The notes under the pieces are model-generated. The model ran no database searches and had not been told where the DNA came from. It saw nothing but the letters and a program-made list of their open reading frames with translations. A stretch of DNA of 50,671 nucleotides from a virus. Lineage: Duplodnaviria; Caudoviricetes. Made by a program: the position numbers and the translations under genes. Positions within the stretch are counted from its first letter, which is position 1. Each line of letters opens with the position of its first letter. The DNA lies in the IMG/VR virus record IMGVR_UViG_3300003885_000005, positions 1 through 50,671 of that record; one strand, written 5' to 3'. Shown piece after piece: positions 28,120-37,324 of this stretch.

Positions 28120-30432
28120 TTACTCCAGATCCCTCCAGTTCTTACCACTTTTAGTATCACTAGGAATATAAAAAGTTCTTCCATGATACGTCAACTCATA
28201 CTTAAAAAGCTCATGTACCTTATCCACCACAAACTTCCTCATGCTTATTGGGTGTTGTATAAGCAATGAATCATGCACTTGCAACTTAACACTAATATCT
28301 TTATGTTTCTTACAAACTTCATTATAGAACCTAATAATGCCTTTATTAATAACAGTTCCAACAACCTCTTGCGGCTCGTAAGCAACACACTCTTTAACTA
28401 AATCCGGACCCAGACGGCCAAAGAAAATCCTCTTTCGGCCAGTAGCGGTTGTGTGTGTTTTGGTACGTTTTAGCTCATCATCTAATGTCTTGAATAACCT
28501 CTCCAGGTTTGGGTTCAAGTCATAGAACTTCCTCTGTAGTTGCTTAGCCTCGGCGGCTGGTATTCTAAGTTGCTTTTGTATCCCTATGAAAGAGCCACGT
28601 TTCTCAAGTGTGTGTCGGAGCTTCTTAGCTCTAAAATATTTAGACAGGGTATCTTTACCCTCTGCCTCACGTTTGAGTTTATCTTCTTTAACCTCATCTG
28701 GATTCATATTAAACACAAGACAGGCTGTATAAGTATGTATGTTTTTATCCATCTCAAATATTTTAATAGAAGCTTCATCACCAGACCAATACGCAACTAT
28801 CATAGACTCAGCGCCTTTAAGATCAGCCTCGGTGAACTCCATACCCTCATCTGGAACAAGTATATCTCTAATCTTTTTAGGTATATTTTGAGCGTTTGTT
28901 CCAAAACCAAATGTACTTGTAGATGAACTTAAGCGATAAGTCTCAGCGCCGGTAGGATTAATATTGAACATAAATCTGCCATTAATAGGATCAGTTAAGT
29001 CAACAAGCCAAGTTGATATAAGCTTTCTTTCGCTCCTTATATTAATAACCTCAGCAATCTCTGGTGATTGTATGCTGAGTTTCTCAAGAGCGTCGGCATT
29101 AGAAGTAGGTTTGCCTCCTTTCATTATAGGTTTTAACTTAAGTGTCCCATAAGCTAACTTCATCATCTGTTGTGGGGAGTGAGGGTTTACTCCATTGAAG
29201 GTCTTAGCAAACTTTTCTTCTCTTTGTTTAAGTGACTTTTTATAGTATTCAATGTGCTCATTAAGTCTCTTAACATCTACTCTTATTCCACTCATTTGCA
29301 TAAATAGAAGTGGTTCAAGCAACTCCATCATATAATCATAAGTGTGCCGAACACCAAGCTCATTTATTTCTTTTTCAAGTTCTTCATACACCTCATATGT
29401 TACAGCTGAGTCACGAGCAGAGTAGGTCCAGTTCTGCTCATCAGTTGAGGTGCCGGCTAACCATGTTTTTAGATCGTCTTTATAATAAGGCTCATTAGTA
29501 TATATCGAAGCAAGAAAATCTAAACCCTTTGGAAGCTCTGAATAACATGAGTGCTGTGCAATCATAGTATCATACCACGGCTTCTTAACAAGTACACCCC
29601 AGTTACGCATTATCCACTTAATATCGTGACTTATATTTTGACCTATCTTTAAGTCATCTCTGTTAAAGACTTTTTCCATTGCCTTCCAAATTATTCTTAA
29701 GTTTCCCCATGAACCCCAATACGATTTAGTTGTTGGTATGCTTATAGACTCATCTTTAGAAAATGCAAATGATATGCAGTGTATCCAATTTGGTTTATTC
29801 TCAATATCATAAGCGAAGTTGCCTCTGTTATCACCAAGAAAGTGCAAGACGTCATCCATGGTGGGTTCAATAATCAAGTTCCGTTTAGGCAGAATAACTT
29901 CTGGAAATTCACTTTCTTTAAGTATCTTCTTTAAATCAAATCTTTGAACGGGATTAAGCTTCCAACTATTATTTATAGCAGCTGGGTGATAGGTGCCTAT
30001 AACTTTAACTACATGACCATTGGGTAGAGTGGTTGATAAAATACTTCCACGCCATTTACCTATTTGTGTCTTACCGGTGAGAGCCCATAAGGGATTCGCA
30101 CCTAATGGAACAATTATATTAGTATCTAATTCATCGAGCTCTTTTAGTAGCTCATCTTTGAGTTTAAGAAGCTGTGCTGTTGGTTGTTTACCTTTCCAGA
30201 ACATTTTATTAAACATTTTAGGTGGAACAGCGAGCTTAGATATGTTGGTAAGATAACATTGCTGACGTGAGATGCCAGTCATATGCAGGTTGCTATTAAG
30301 GATTCGGCCAGAAGTCCCAACAAATGGTTGGAGGTTGGCTACTTCTTCGACCCAAGGAGCCTCACCAATGAAGGCTATCTTACACTTTTTGGGTCCTACA
30401 GGTGGAACGTAGATGGTGCCGAGGGCCATCAT
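28120..30432 (-). CDS. Family A DNA polymerase with N-terminal family-4 uracil-DNA-glycosylase-like and 3'-5' exonuclease domains (SPO1-type architecture)
   Basis: UDG motifs GEAP, PFVG.SG and TYHPAA; ExoI YDIE; polymerase motifs RLSS, QNIP, ADLKGAE and QVHDS. Confidence 0.92.
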   Translation of the reverse strand: MMALGTIYVPPVGPKKCKIAFIGEAPWVEEVANLQPFVGTSGRILNSNLHMTGISRQQCYLTNISKLAVPPKMFNKMFWKGKQPTAQLLKLKDELLKELDELDTNIIVPLGANPLWALTGKTQIGKWRGSILSTTLPNGHVVKVIGTYHPAAINNSWKLNPVQRFDLKKILKESEFPEVILPKRNLIIEPTMDDVLHFLGDNRGNFAYDIENKPNWIHCISFAFSKDESISIPTTKSYWGSWGNLRIIWKAMEKVFNRDDLKIGQNISHDIKWIMRNWGVLVKKPWYDTMIAQHSCYSELPKGLDFLASIYTNEPYYKDDLKTWLAGTSTDEQNWTYSARDSAVTYEVYEELEKEINELGVRHTYDYMMELLEPLLFMQMSGIRVDVKRLNEHIEYYKKSLKQREEKFAKTFNGVNPHSPQQMMKLAYGTLKLKPIMKGGKPTSNADALEKLSIQSPEIAEVINIRSERKLISTWLVDLTDPINGRFMFNINPTGAETYRLSSSTSTFGFGTNAQNIPKKIRDILVPDEGMEFTEADLKGAESMIVAYWSGDEASIKIFEMDKNIHTYTACLVFNMNPDEVKEDKLKREAEGKDTLSKYFRAKKLRHTLEKRGSFIGIQKQLRIPAAEAKQLQRKFYDLNPNLERLFKTLDDELKRTKTHTTATGRKRIFFGRLGPDLVKECVAYEPQEVVGTVINKGIIRFYNEVCKKHKDISVKLQVHDSLLIQHPISMRKFVVDKVHELFKYELTYHGRTFYIPSDTKSGKNWRDLE

Positions 30433-31769
30433 CCATCTCCTATCTTATCCAAGAGCCCTGCATCCTTAGCACTCAGAAAGTCCGCAATCCTAAGCAACGC
30501 TCTGTCATAGTTAACTTGGTCAAGTTCAAATCCAAGTGCCTTGCATCCACTCTTGATACCAGCAATAATCGTGGTAGCACTCCCAGCAAATGGATCTAAG
30601 ATAGTCTGACCTGGTAAGCAGAACCGACTAACTAGCTCTTCCATAAGTGGGAGCGGCTTCTCCACCACATGAACTTTCTCCGAGATCGAGACCCCAGGGA
30701 AAGGTAGTATGTTACTTTGACCTCTTTTAACCAGTGAGTAGTCACCTCTTGTGCCATAGAGGAAGGCTTCATAAGATCGAGCCATGTTCTTGGACGGTAC
30801 ACTAGTTTGGCCCGGGCCGCCTGTACGATGCCAAATACCAGGGATGGGGTCAACGGAGAAACCTATCTGAGTAAACCTGTCAGCCAACCAACCAAAGTTG
30901 CTTAAGCTGTTTGGCTTATGTTTGTGGTCACAGAAGAAAACAAAACAGGCATCCTTTGCCATAACCCGATCAAGTTTATTAATCAACGTATCTATCATTG
31001 TAAAGTACTCTGCCTCATCATCATCATAAGTACTATTATCTTGAGCGGCTTGAGAGTCAGATGAAACCTTCTTAATTTTCTTTAGGTCTATACCATAAGG
31101 TGGGTCGGTTATCAAGGCACTGATGGAGCCAGCGGGTAGGCTATCTATTAGCTCCAAACACGAGCCATTGAAGAGGTAATTCTGTGCTTTGGAACCATAA
31201 TTAGTCTTCTTCTTCCTAATCGCTAGCTCAGCATGAGTTTCATCCAACTTGTACTTCTGTAAGACTTTCAAAGCCGACTCTCGAGTCTTACACCTAACAA
31301 ACATTTCAGGATCAACCTTAAGGGCCTCAGCCAAACCCAAATCAGTGCTAATAGCCCCAGTAGACAGGCCAGTTTTCTTTGCAGCCATACGTAGGGGCAT
31401 TTTCTTATACTTAGCCTTTAACATATCCATCAAGTCGGTAGTAGCTGACACTTTCTCACGCCAGTCGAAGTCTTTGCGCTCGAGGTTCTCAGTTATCTCC
31501 CATATGCGGTGGTCTACTTCATCCAGAGTCGTGATGATGGCCCGAACGTGTACTTCTGCTTTCTTACAGGCGGCCGTTCGCCTCTCTCCGGCAACCAACG
31601 TATATCTACCGGGTACGTCGGCTGGAATTACGATTATAGGGATTATGTTTTTTCCTAATGTTTTGATACTTTCTGATAATGACTCTATATCACCAAGGTC
31701 TTTTCGGTATCGGTCAGAGTCTATTATAATATCGTCTGGGTTGAGTAGAGCAATGTTGTCAGTGGTCAT
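30429..31769 (-). CDS. ParB-like domain + HTH + N6/N4 DNA methyltransferase fusion
   Basis: LVAGERR and ENLERKD (ParB/Srx); AAKKTGLSTGAIS (HTH); TDPPYG, EKP and LDPFAGS (beta-class MTase). Confidence 0.88.
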   Translation of the reverse strand: MTTDNIALLNPDDIIIDSDRYRKDLGDIESLSESIKTLGKNIIPIIVIPADVPGRYTLVAGERRTAACKKAEVHVRAIITTLDEVDHRIWEITENLERKDFDWREKVSATTDLMDMLKAKYKKMPLRMAAKKTGLSTGAISTDLGLAEALKVDPEMFVRCKTRESALKVLQKYKLDETHAELAIRKKKTNYGSKAQNYLFNGSCLELIDSLPAGSISALITDPPYGIDLKKIKKVSSDSQAAQDNSTYDDDEAEYFTMIDTLINKLDRVMAKDACFVFFCDHKHKPNSLSNFGWLADRFTQIGFSVDPIPGIWHRTGGPGQTSVPSKNMARSYEAFLYGTRGDYSLVKRGQSNILPFPGVSISEKVHVVEKPLPLMEELVSRFCLPGQTILDPFAGSATTIIAGIKSGCKALGFELDQVNYDRALLRIADFLSAKDAGLLDKIGDG

Positions 31770-32008
31770 TTATCCTCCTTCATTTTAGCCAGCAATTTAG
31801 CCAACTGTTCTTTAGACAACCCCTTTACTAAATCATTAAGCTGACGCTCAGCATTGGATACTATCTTTGGTTTCTTTGTAGAGCTGGTTCTTTTTGCTAC
31901 GATTTTTAGCTTACTCAACAAGTGAGCTTGTTTCTCCAACTCTTCATCTGTACATTCGCTGGCGGGTTTATCAATTAGATCTTTTAGTTCCATCAATCCT
32001 CCTCCCAT
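31766..32008 (-). CDS. Hypothetical protein (start probably MELK)
   Basis: GGAGG RBS before the second Met. Confidence 0.6.
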   Translation of the reverse strand: MGGGLMELKDLIDKPASECTDEELEKQAHLLSKLKIVAKRTSSTKKPKIVSNAERQLNDLVKGLSKEQLAKLLAKMKEDK

Positions 32009-32178
32009 TTCTCTGCAACTTTCTTTCCAGCCTCATCAACCTTACCATATTTTAGAAACGCCCTGTAAAGGCATCTTGTCAAGATAGATATCTGTCCAGT
32101 CTCGGTACAACTTCTCAAGAGTTGCTCATGTAGCTCAGGTGCTATCTCTACATGGATTTGTTTCTTTGGTTTAGACAT
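31993..32178 (-). CDS. Ribbon-helix-helix-like regulator
   Basis: KQIHVEI..ELHEQL...C...GQIS pattern. Confidence 0.5.
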   Translation of the reverse strand: MSKPKKQIHVEIAPELHEQLLRSCTETGQISILTRCLYRAFLKYGKVDEAGKKVAEKWEED

Positions 32179-32325
32179 TTATTGAGCCTCCTTCAAATAT
32201 TCAGACTTTACTGTTTCCACAATAAGCTTCTGGGTGTTTAGTGTAGAACCAAAGTATGATAACAAAGTAAAGCCTACCAGTAATACAATAATTATAATCT
32301 TGTCGTGTATTTCCATATTAATCTC

Positions 32326-32649
32326 CTATAACTTTATCCTCATAAGCTGTTCTATAACCAACCTAATCATTAAATCATGGCAAGTACGACCTTCTTGACA
32401 AGTATGCCCACAAGCAGCTGTAAGTGTCTTAACAGCAATACCATGAGGTGTATTTTTAATTAAGGTGTTAATAAGCGCCACATTGGATTCTAGGTGAGAG
32501 CTAGCACATCCACCCGCTTTACCCATAGAAGCTTTTATGCCAGATATAATAGTTCTTTCTTCATCTTTAAATATAATATGAATGTATAAGTCACCACATC
32601 CAGTCTTTAGTTGATGAGTTTCGCTTGGCCATATTGTTGGATCTTTCAA
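32326..32649 (-). CDS. Stand-alone TSCPD-domain protein (similar to the NrdJ C-terminus); TTG start
   Basis: KTGCG.LY and MGKAGGCA motifs; AAGGAG RBS before the TTG at 32649. Confidence 0.7.
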   Translation of the reverse strand: MKDPTIWPSETHQLKTGCGDLYIHIIFKDEERTIISGIKASMGKAGGCASSHLESNVALINTLIKNTPHGIAVKTLTAACGHTCQEGRTCHDLMIRLVIEQLMRIKL

Positions 32650-32667
32650 AATGTCTCCTTTAGTAAT

Positions 32668-32825
32668 GTAGAACAGAGGCAGGATTCGATACCTGCATGG
32701 GATAACCCGTTGTACAGTGATGTTTCCTATGTACAATAGTAGGGATACCCTTATCACTATTAGCGTCTACTTATCATGGTTACTCTTAATAAAGTATTAT
32801 CCACGCTTCCGCCACTCTGTCCTAC
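32668..32825 (-). ncRNA. Expanded tRNA-like structured RNA, 158 nt
   Basis: 11-bp acceptor-like stem; Leu-type UGGCGGAA...UAGACGC D-arm; GCAGG-UAUCGAAU-CCUGC T-arm; extra hairpins; no canonical anticodon loop and no CCA. Confidence 0.7.
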
Positions 32826-32832
32826 ACATTTA

Positions 32833-32859
32833 ACTACCGTTCATTGAATGAACACAAGT
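32833..32859. promoter_or_regulatory. 27-bp dyad, copy 4: ACTACC GTTCA TTGAA TGAAC ACAAGT
   Basis: Intergenic, between the SSB gene and the tRNA-like RNA. Confidence 0.85.
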
Positions 32860-32863
32860 TCAT

Positions 32864-33208
32864 TTAGACGGCCCAAACCTTATTCACAACATTCTGGATA
32901 CCATACTCCGGAGTCTCTTTCGTCCCGATCCTTACATTGATCTGGGCTCCTACCGCAATCTGCGGGTCAAACCCAGTTTCATCATATGCAGACTTCGCAG
33001 CATCCATCATAGCTTTGATCCTAGATGGAATCTTTGAGTTGGTGTTATGGAACAGGGTTCTTCCAGTTGTCAGTGCCAACAGCCAGTTAAAGTTTGTACT
33101 TTGTCCATCTTTTGATGTTTTGGGTTCCACGCTCTTAATCGTTACTACATAGTCCCCATCAGCTATTACATCATCTGCTTTGGTTAAATCTATTTCAAGC
33201 TTAGGCAT
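32864..33208 (-). CDS. Putative single-stranded DNA-binding protein (DUF669-like)
   Basis: I.DGDYVVTI..VE.KTSK.G OB-fold pattern; close to the Sak4-like ATPase. Confidence 0.65.
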   Translation of the reverse strand: MPKLEIDLTKADDVIADGDYVVTIKSVEPKTSKDGQSTNFNWLLALTTGRTLFHNTNSKIPSRIKAMMDAAKSAYDETGFDPQIAVGAQINVRIGTKETPEYGIQNVVNKVWAV

Positions 33209-33222
33209 ATGTTGCCTCCTTC

Positions 33223-33250
33223 AAAAAATAATAACACTGCTAATGCAGTG
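33223..33250 (-). terminator. Possible intrinsic terminator
   Basis: CACTGC-ATTA-GCAGTG stem followed by TTATTATTTTTT on the minus strand. Confidence 0.45.
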
Positions 33251-33251
33251 G

Positions 33252-33416
33252 TTAGTCAACATGTTTTTCTTCTGATGCTTCATAACCCTTTTGATAACTA
33301 TGGTCACATGACTCTTCATTACAAGTTATACAGGGCTGGAGTCTTACTTGCTCCCCAGTTGTTCCGTCTGCAACCTCAAGATCATTTCCACAAGCATCAC
33401 AAATGTACTTCGACAT
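33252..33416 (-). CDS. Small Zn-ribbon protein, 54 aa (missing from the ORF track)
   Basis: Manual translation MSKYICDACG...QPCITC; GAGGAGG RBS. Confidence 0.6.
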   Translation of the reverse strand: MSKYICDACGNDLEVADGTTGEQVRLQPCITCNEESCDHSYQKGYEASEEKHVD

Positions 33417-33614
33417 TTAAGTTACCTCCTCATTAAGTTTATGGTCACCACACCAATCTTTACTAGTTACAACAGGATATCCAGACATAGTTGGAGCGTG
33501 ACGCCTGCATCTACCAATTGTTTTAGATGGTACTTTTGGCGTATAATGCATACAAGTCGGACATAACATAAATTTACTACGATGTTTCCATGGGTCGTTT
33601 ACTTCTCTTGGCAT
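33417..33614 (-). CDS. Small Cys-rich phage protein
   Basis: CxxC...GRCRRHAP...WCGDH pattern. Confidence 0.65.
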   Translation of the reverse strand: MPREVNDPWKHRSKFMLCPTCMHYTPKVPSKTIGRCRRHAPTMSGYPVVTSKDWCGDHKLNEEVT

Positions 33615-33627
33615 TGTCTATCTCCTT

Positions 33628-34431
33628 TTATTTAAGGTGTTTACTGAGCTCAGCGAAAGTCGCTGGCTTTAATGGGTCTGGGAGATGGTGCCTTGAACCG
33701 GCACCCCTAAATAATCCATGATTACGAGTACGCCAACAATAAGTTCCATCCTGAGCTTGTTCCATCCTCCAAACCTCGTCAAAGTACTCTGACATATTCT
33801 TGCCAAGGTTCTTAGTAGGCCCAACTGAGTATTCGCCTGTAAGTGTACCTGTATCAGACTGATCGAAGTCCTCATGACTAATACAAATAACATAAGATAC
33901 AATACTGCTAAGGTACTGAAGATTAGGAATGAACTGTCTAGCCAAAACACCTTCTAATGTTAAGTAATCCCCACGCCTAAGCTCTGGTACTTTATTAACA
34001 AACAGTATTCCATCTTTCCACAGCCTATACATAGCTGTAGTAGGGTCTATAATAACTGTTTTGAACGGCCCAACTTTCTTACCCTCTTTATTAACCAAGC
34101 ATCCATCTACAGCTAAGTCTGCCATCATCTTATTATACATTTCAAGTACTGGCATAGCCTCTTTAGCATGTTCTGGGGCGGGCCCTGTAGCACCACCTTT
34201 AACTAATTGCCAGCTCTTGAAGTCTAGTGGTGCAGCCTGCTTTTTGAACAACTGTATTGGTGTAACTTGAGCATGGTCAGGTACAACTAAAGTACCGTCT
34301 TTGTTCTTAGCATTCTGAACTGATGCAAAGCCAAGGTCAAAGTCAAGTAGAACTATAGGCTTCGGAAATGTACAAGCACTAACGGTCTTGCCAGTTTTTG
34401 GTTTTCCTACAATGTTTATTAGTAATCCCAT
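33628..34431 (-). CDS. AAA_24 / Sak4-like P-loop ATPase (recombinase-type)
   Basis: GKPKTGKT, LDFDLG, TVIID, ISHE and YFDEVW motifs. Confidence 0.8.
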   Translation of the reverse strand: MGLLINIVGKPKTGKTVSACTFPKPIVLLDFDLGFASVQNAKNKDGTLVVPDHAQVTPIQLFKKQAAPLDFKSWQLVKGGATGPAPEHAKEAMPVLEMYNKMMADLAVDGCLVNKEGKKVGPFKTVIIDPTTAMYRLWKDGILFVNKVPELRRGDYLTLEGVLARQFIPNLQYLSSIVSYVICISHEDFDQSDTGTLTGEYSVGPTKNLGKNMSEYFDEVWRMEQAQDGTYCWRTRNHGLFRGAGSRHHLPDPLKPATFAELSKHLK

Positions 34432-34570
34432 TTACACCTCCTTATATAGATTTAGTAGACAATCATTCAAACCCAAATCAGTAATTCTAACCTCTCAACT
34501 TTTTCCTCTAAGTCTCGGATCCTTCTTTTCATTTCTGATATCTCTACATTGATTTCTACAGTTTCTTCCA

Positions 34571-34876
34571 TTATATTACCTCCTTATTAAACAAGTTTGC
34601 AATCTCTTCTTGGCTCATATTACTAAGAGCACTTTTAAGAGTCGCTTGGTTTATAGGTTTTGATGCTTTAGCTTTCTTTCCTATGTGTTCTAGGTAAGTA
34701 ATTAGTCTTCCGTCTTCAAGTAGTTTAAGCCCTGAGCTACATGAGTTACACCACATAAGACAGATTTTATCTTTTATTTCAAATGGCTCATCATTAACTA
34801 TAGCTTCTAATGTAGTTAAAAGAGATATTTGAACATCTACTTGTATGTTTTCTCTGTTACAATGAGGACAATTCAT
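34571..34876 (-). CDS. Zn-ribbon protein
   Basis: CPHC...CNSC; GGAGG RBS. Confidence 0.6.
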   Translation of the reverse strand: MNCPHCNRENIQVDVQISLLTTLEAIVNDEPFEIKDKICLMWCNSCSSGLKLLEDGRLITYLEHIGKKAKASKPINQATLKSALSNMSQEEIANLFNKEVI

Positions 34877-35022
34877 CCAAGGACCTCCTTTTTCTTTTTT
34901 GTGAATGGTATCTTAAAAAAGAAACTCTTAGAATGGGACTGGCCGTAGAATATTACAATGACTCTCCATGTATTATATATAGTATGTTGAGTCCATAGTT
35001 TAATTTTCATTTAGGTTTCCTT

Positions 35023-35916
35023 TTAAATAGATTTATCATCTCTAAACCTCAAAAATTGAGGGTGACGAGGTAAATCCTTCATACCTATTACCATACCTCT
35101 GTATTCAATAACTCTACCAATATACTTATCTTTATTTTGCCATATTTCCTTTGACATTTTGTGAGTAGAAGCAAGGCTAACAGAAAGTTTAAAGCCATTA
35201 AAAAATACTGTAAAAGCTGATGCTTGTTCAACCAAGATTCGATCACCTTTCTTTTTAGATGTTACACTACCCCCGAGCTCGTTCTTTTTCTTTATAGCTT
35301 TAGGGTCTACTATAGTGGCTTGTTCAACAGCTATGATAATAGCGTCAAAGGTAATGTATGGTTTCATCTTAAACATCAAACCTTCATTAAGAGTGCACCG
35401 ACCAGTTTTATAATAACCATCAGGCGACTTAAGAATCAATCCTTCATAACCGTTTAATAGAGCTTTATCCATTAAATCTTTAACATGAGCTGTGCTATAT
35501 ACAAATGTTTGAGTAACTTTAATAAATCTGTTGTCTAATAAAAGAGTTTGGTAGTCATTTACTCTTTGAGCAAAAGGTTTCTTTAAATCTTCTGTTTTAA
35601 CTATATCAAAACAGTGATAGTTAATACTATTTGGAATCAATTTATTGTGTGTCTGAGTTACACCTACAATATCTCCAAAAGGTATATCGTGACTATACCA
35701 CTCGCCATCAAGAATTAAATTATTATCTTTAGTGTATGCACACACTTCTTTAATTAGTAACTTTAACTGAGCATTTGGAATATGTTTAAGACTTCTAGAT
35801 AATAATTCTCCTTTAGCAATTAAACACCGTACCCCGTCCATCTTTACTGAGGCTAATAATGGAAATGGTAAAGCTTTAATATCTAATTGCTTATTAGGTG
35901 CTAACATTGGTTTCAT
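35023..35916 (-). CDS. ATP-dependent DNA ligase
   Basis: PMLA, KMDGVR, LDGE, FD, EGLILK, KMK and PRHP motifs. Confidence 0.92.
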   Translation of the reverse strand: MKPMLAPNKQLDIKALPFPLLASVKMDGVRCLIAKGELLSRSLKHIPNAQLKLLIKEVCAYTKDNNLILDGEWYSHDIPFGDIVGVTQTHNKLIPNSINYHCFDIVKTEDLKKPFAQRVNDYQTLLLDNRFIKVTQTFVYSTAHVKDLMDKALLNGYEGLILKSPDGYYKTGRCTLNEGLMFKMKPYITFDAIIIAVEQATIVDPKAIKKKNELGGSVTSKKKGDRILVEQASAFTVFFNGFKLSVSLASTHKMSKEIWQNKDKYIGRVIEYRGMVIGMKDLPRHPQFLRFRDDKSI

Positions 35917-36104
35917 TTAGGTTTCCTTATTATAGGACCTTTATGGCCTTTTATCTGATATATTACATTATTCAGATTATGAACAGTAGACATAACTAGT
36001 ATACCTGGGAACATCTTTTGTATCTTTTTGATATTAGCCTGCATACCTTTGATGGTGAATATAACTTGGTTCTTAAATTGAGCATCAGATACTTTACGTT
36101 TCAT
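35913..36104 (-). CDS. Small basic hypothetical protein
   Basis: Operon packing. Confidence 0.5.
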   Translation of the reverse strand: MKRKVSDAQFKNQVIFTIKGMQANIKKIQKMFPGILVMSTVHNLNNVIYQIKGHKGPIIRKPK

Positions 36105-36201
36105 TCCACACCTCTACTAAACATTAGAAGCACAATAAGTAAGATTATTAATATAACTATTGGTGCCATTACTGGTATTGTTAATATAGAATCAAGGTCT
36201 A

Positions 36202-37152
36202 TCATTTCTTATCCGCTCCTTCTTTTCTCAACCTAGATATATCCCAAGGCTCCCACAACTCCCTCTTATATATACTACTCAACTCCATCTTTTCAAGGTT
36301 ATGCACAGTTGGGTGCTCCGTACAAATGGGTAAGTACTCACAAGTGAATCCAACCAAAGGAGCACAAGCGTCTGTATTCATAGGCCAAACTTTAGTCTCT
36401 TTAAACCTAACCAGATGTGAGTACCATTCTTTAATATTAACAATCCAGTTATCAACGTCTTCCTTTGACCTCACCGTGATGAATCTAAAGGGCTTGTTCT
36501 TATCGGCTTTTTTCTTCTGAGCTGCCGGGCCCTTTTCTCTTGTCCTAGTCTCATCATAGATAGGTATAACATCTAAGATCGCTCCATAAGGCATCTCACC
36601 AGTGTTGATGTACCATGCTGAGACATAACCATCTATCTGGGCATTGGGCTTAGTACGTAAATGCCAACGCTCACCAACAACAGTGGTGGTTTTGGTTTCT
36701 TCAATCATACGACCATAAGAGGCTATCTCCTTAGCAGCATCAATAACGCCGACAAAGATAAAATCGTCTAAGTCTACTGCAAAGCCGATCTCGACATGAG
36801 TTGTAGTGTAGGGTTCATCCTTCCATCTCTCAAAATAGTTATCCATAACTTTATTTATAACAGTTTCATTACGTAGGTCATCTGGATTAGGTATTGCAAG
36901 CATAGCTTTTGACACAGCCATCAAGGCTACTGCCTTGCAGTCTTCGTGAGGGACTCCTTTCATTTTAGCTTTTAAATAAGTCGCTTTAGATAAATGACAA
37001 GCAGAGCCTGTAGACAGCGCGGCGGATGTTACTGCTGTGGCAATCTGTTGCTCAACACGAAGAAAGAATTTACGAGGACAAAGCTTGAGTAAACCCATAG
37101 AGGAGTTATCAAGCCAGAGTTTGTTTTCGTTTAGTATGCCAATGGTTTTCAT
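36202..37152 (-). CDS. PD-(D/E)XK RecB/Cas4-like exonuclease
   Basis: CPRK, G.ACH, E..F, GVID, ETKT and Q..GY motifs, plus C-terminal Cys residues. Confidence 0.82.
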   Translation of the reverse strand: MKTIGILNENKLWLDNSSMGLLKLCPRKFFLRVEQQIATAVTSAALSTGSACHLSKATYLKAKMKGVPHEDCKAVALMAVSKAMLAIPNPDDLRNETVINKVMDNYFERWKDEPYTTTHVEIGFAVDLDDFIFVGVIDAAKEIASYGRMIEETKTTTVVGERWHLRTKPNAQIDGYVSAWYINTGEMPYGAILDVIPIYDETRTREKGPAAQKKKADKNKPFRFITVRSKEDVDNWIVNIKEWYSHLVRFKETKVWPMNTDACAPLVGFTCEYLPICTEHPTVHNLEKMELSSIYKRELWEPWDISRLRKEGADKK

Positions 37153-37324
37153 TTAGGCTCCTTAGTAATTTATCCTCTTACATTCAATGCACTTCATATA
37201 TGACTCATCATCAAGCATAATTCGGGATAGTTCTCCACCACAGTATTCACAGACCTGTTCTGCTATATCAGATGCGCTTTCCGTCCATTTATTTTCTTGG
37301 TACATTTTAGGCTCCTAAAAGGTT

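Noticed and set aside
32650-32757. N-terminal extension of the 32326..32757 ORF
   Set aside because: It overlaps the structured RNA, and a good RBS precedes the TTG at 32649.
32668-32825. Canonical tRNA-Leu or tmRNA
   Set aside because: There is no 7-nt anticodon loop and no CCA, and the D-loop is oversized. It is far too short for tmRNA and retains a D-stem.
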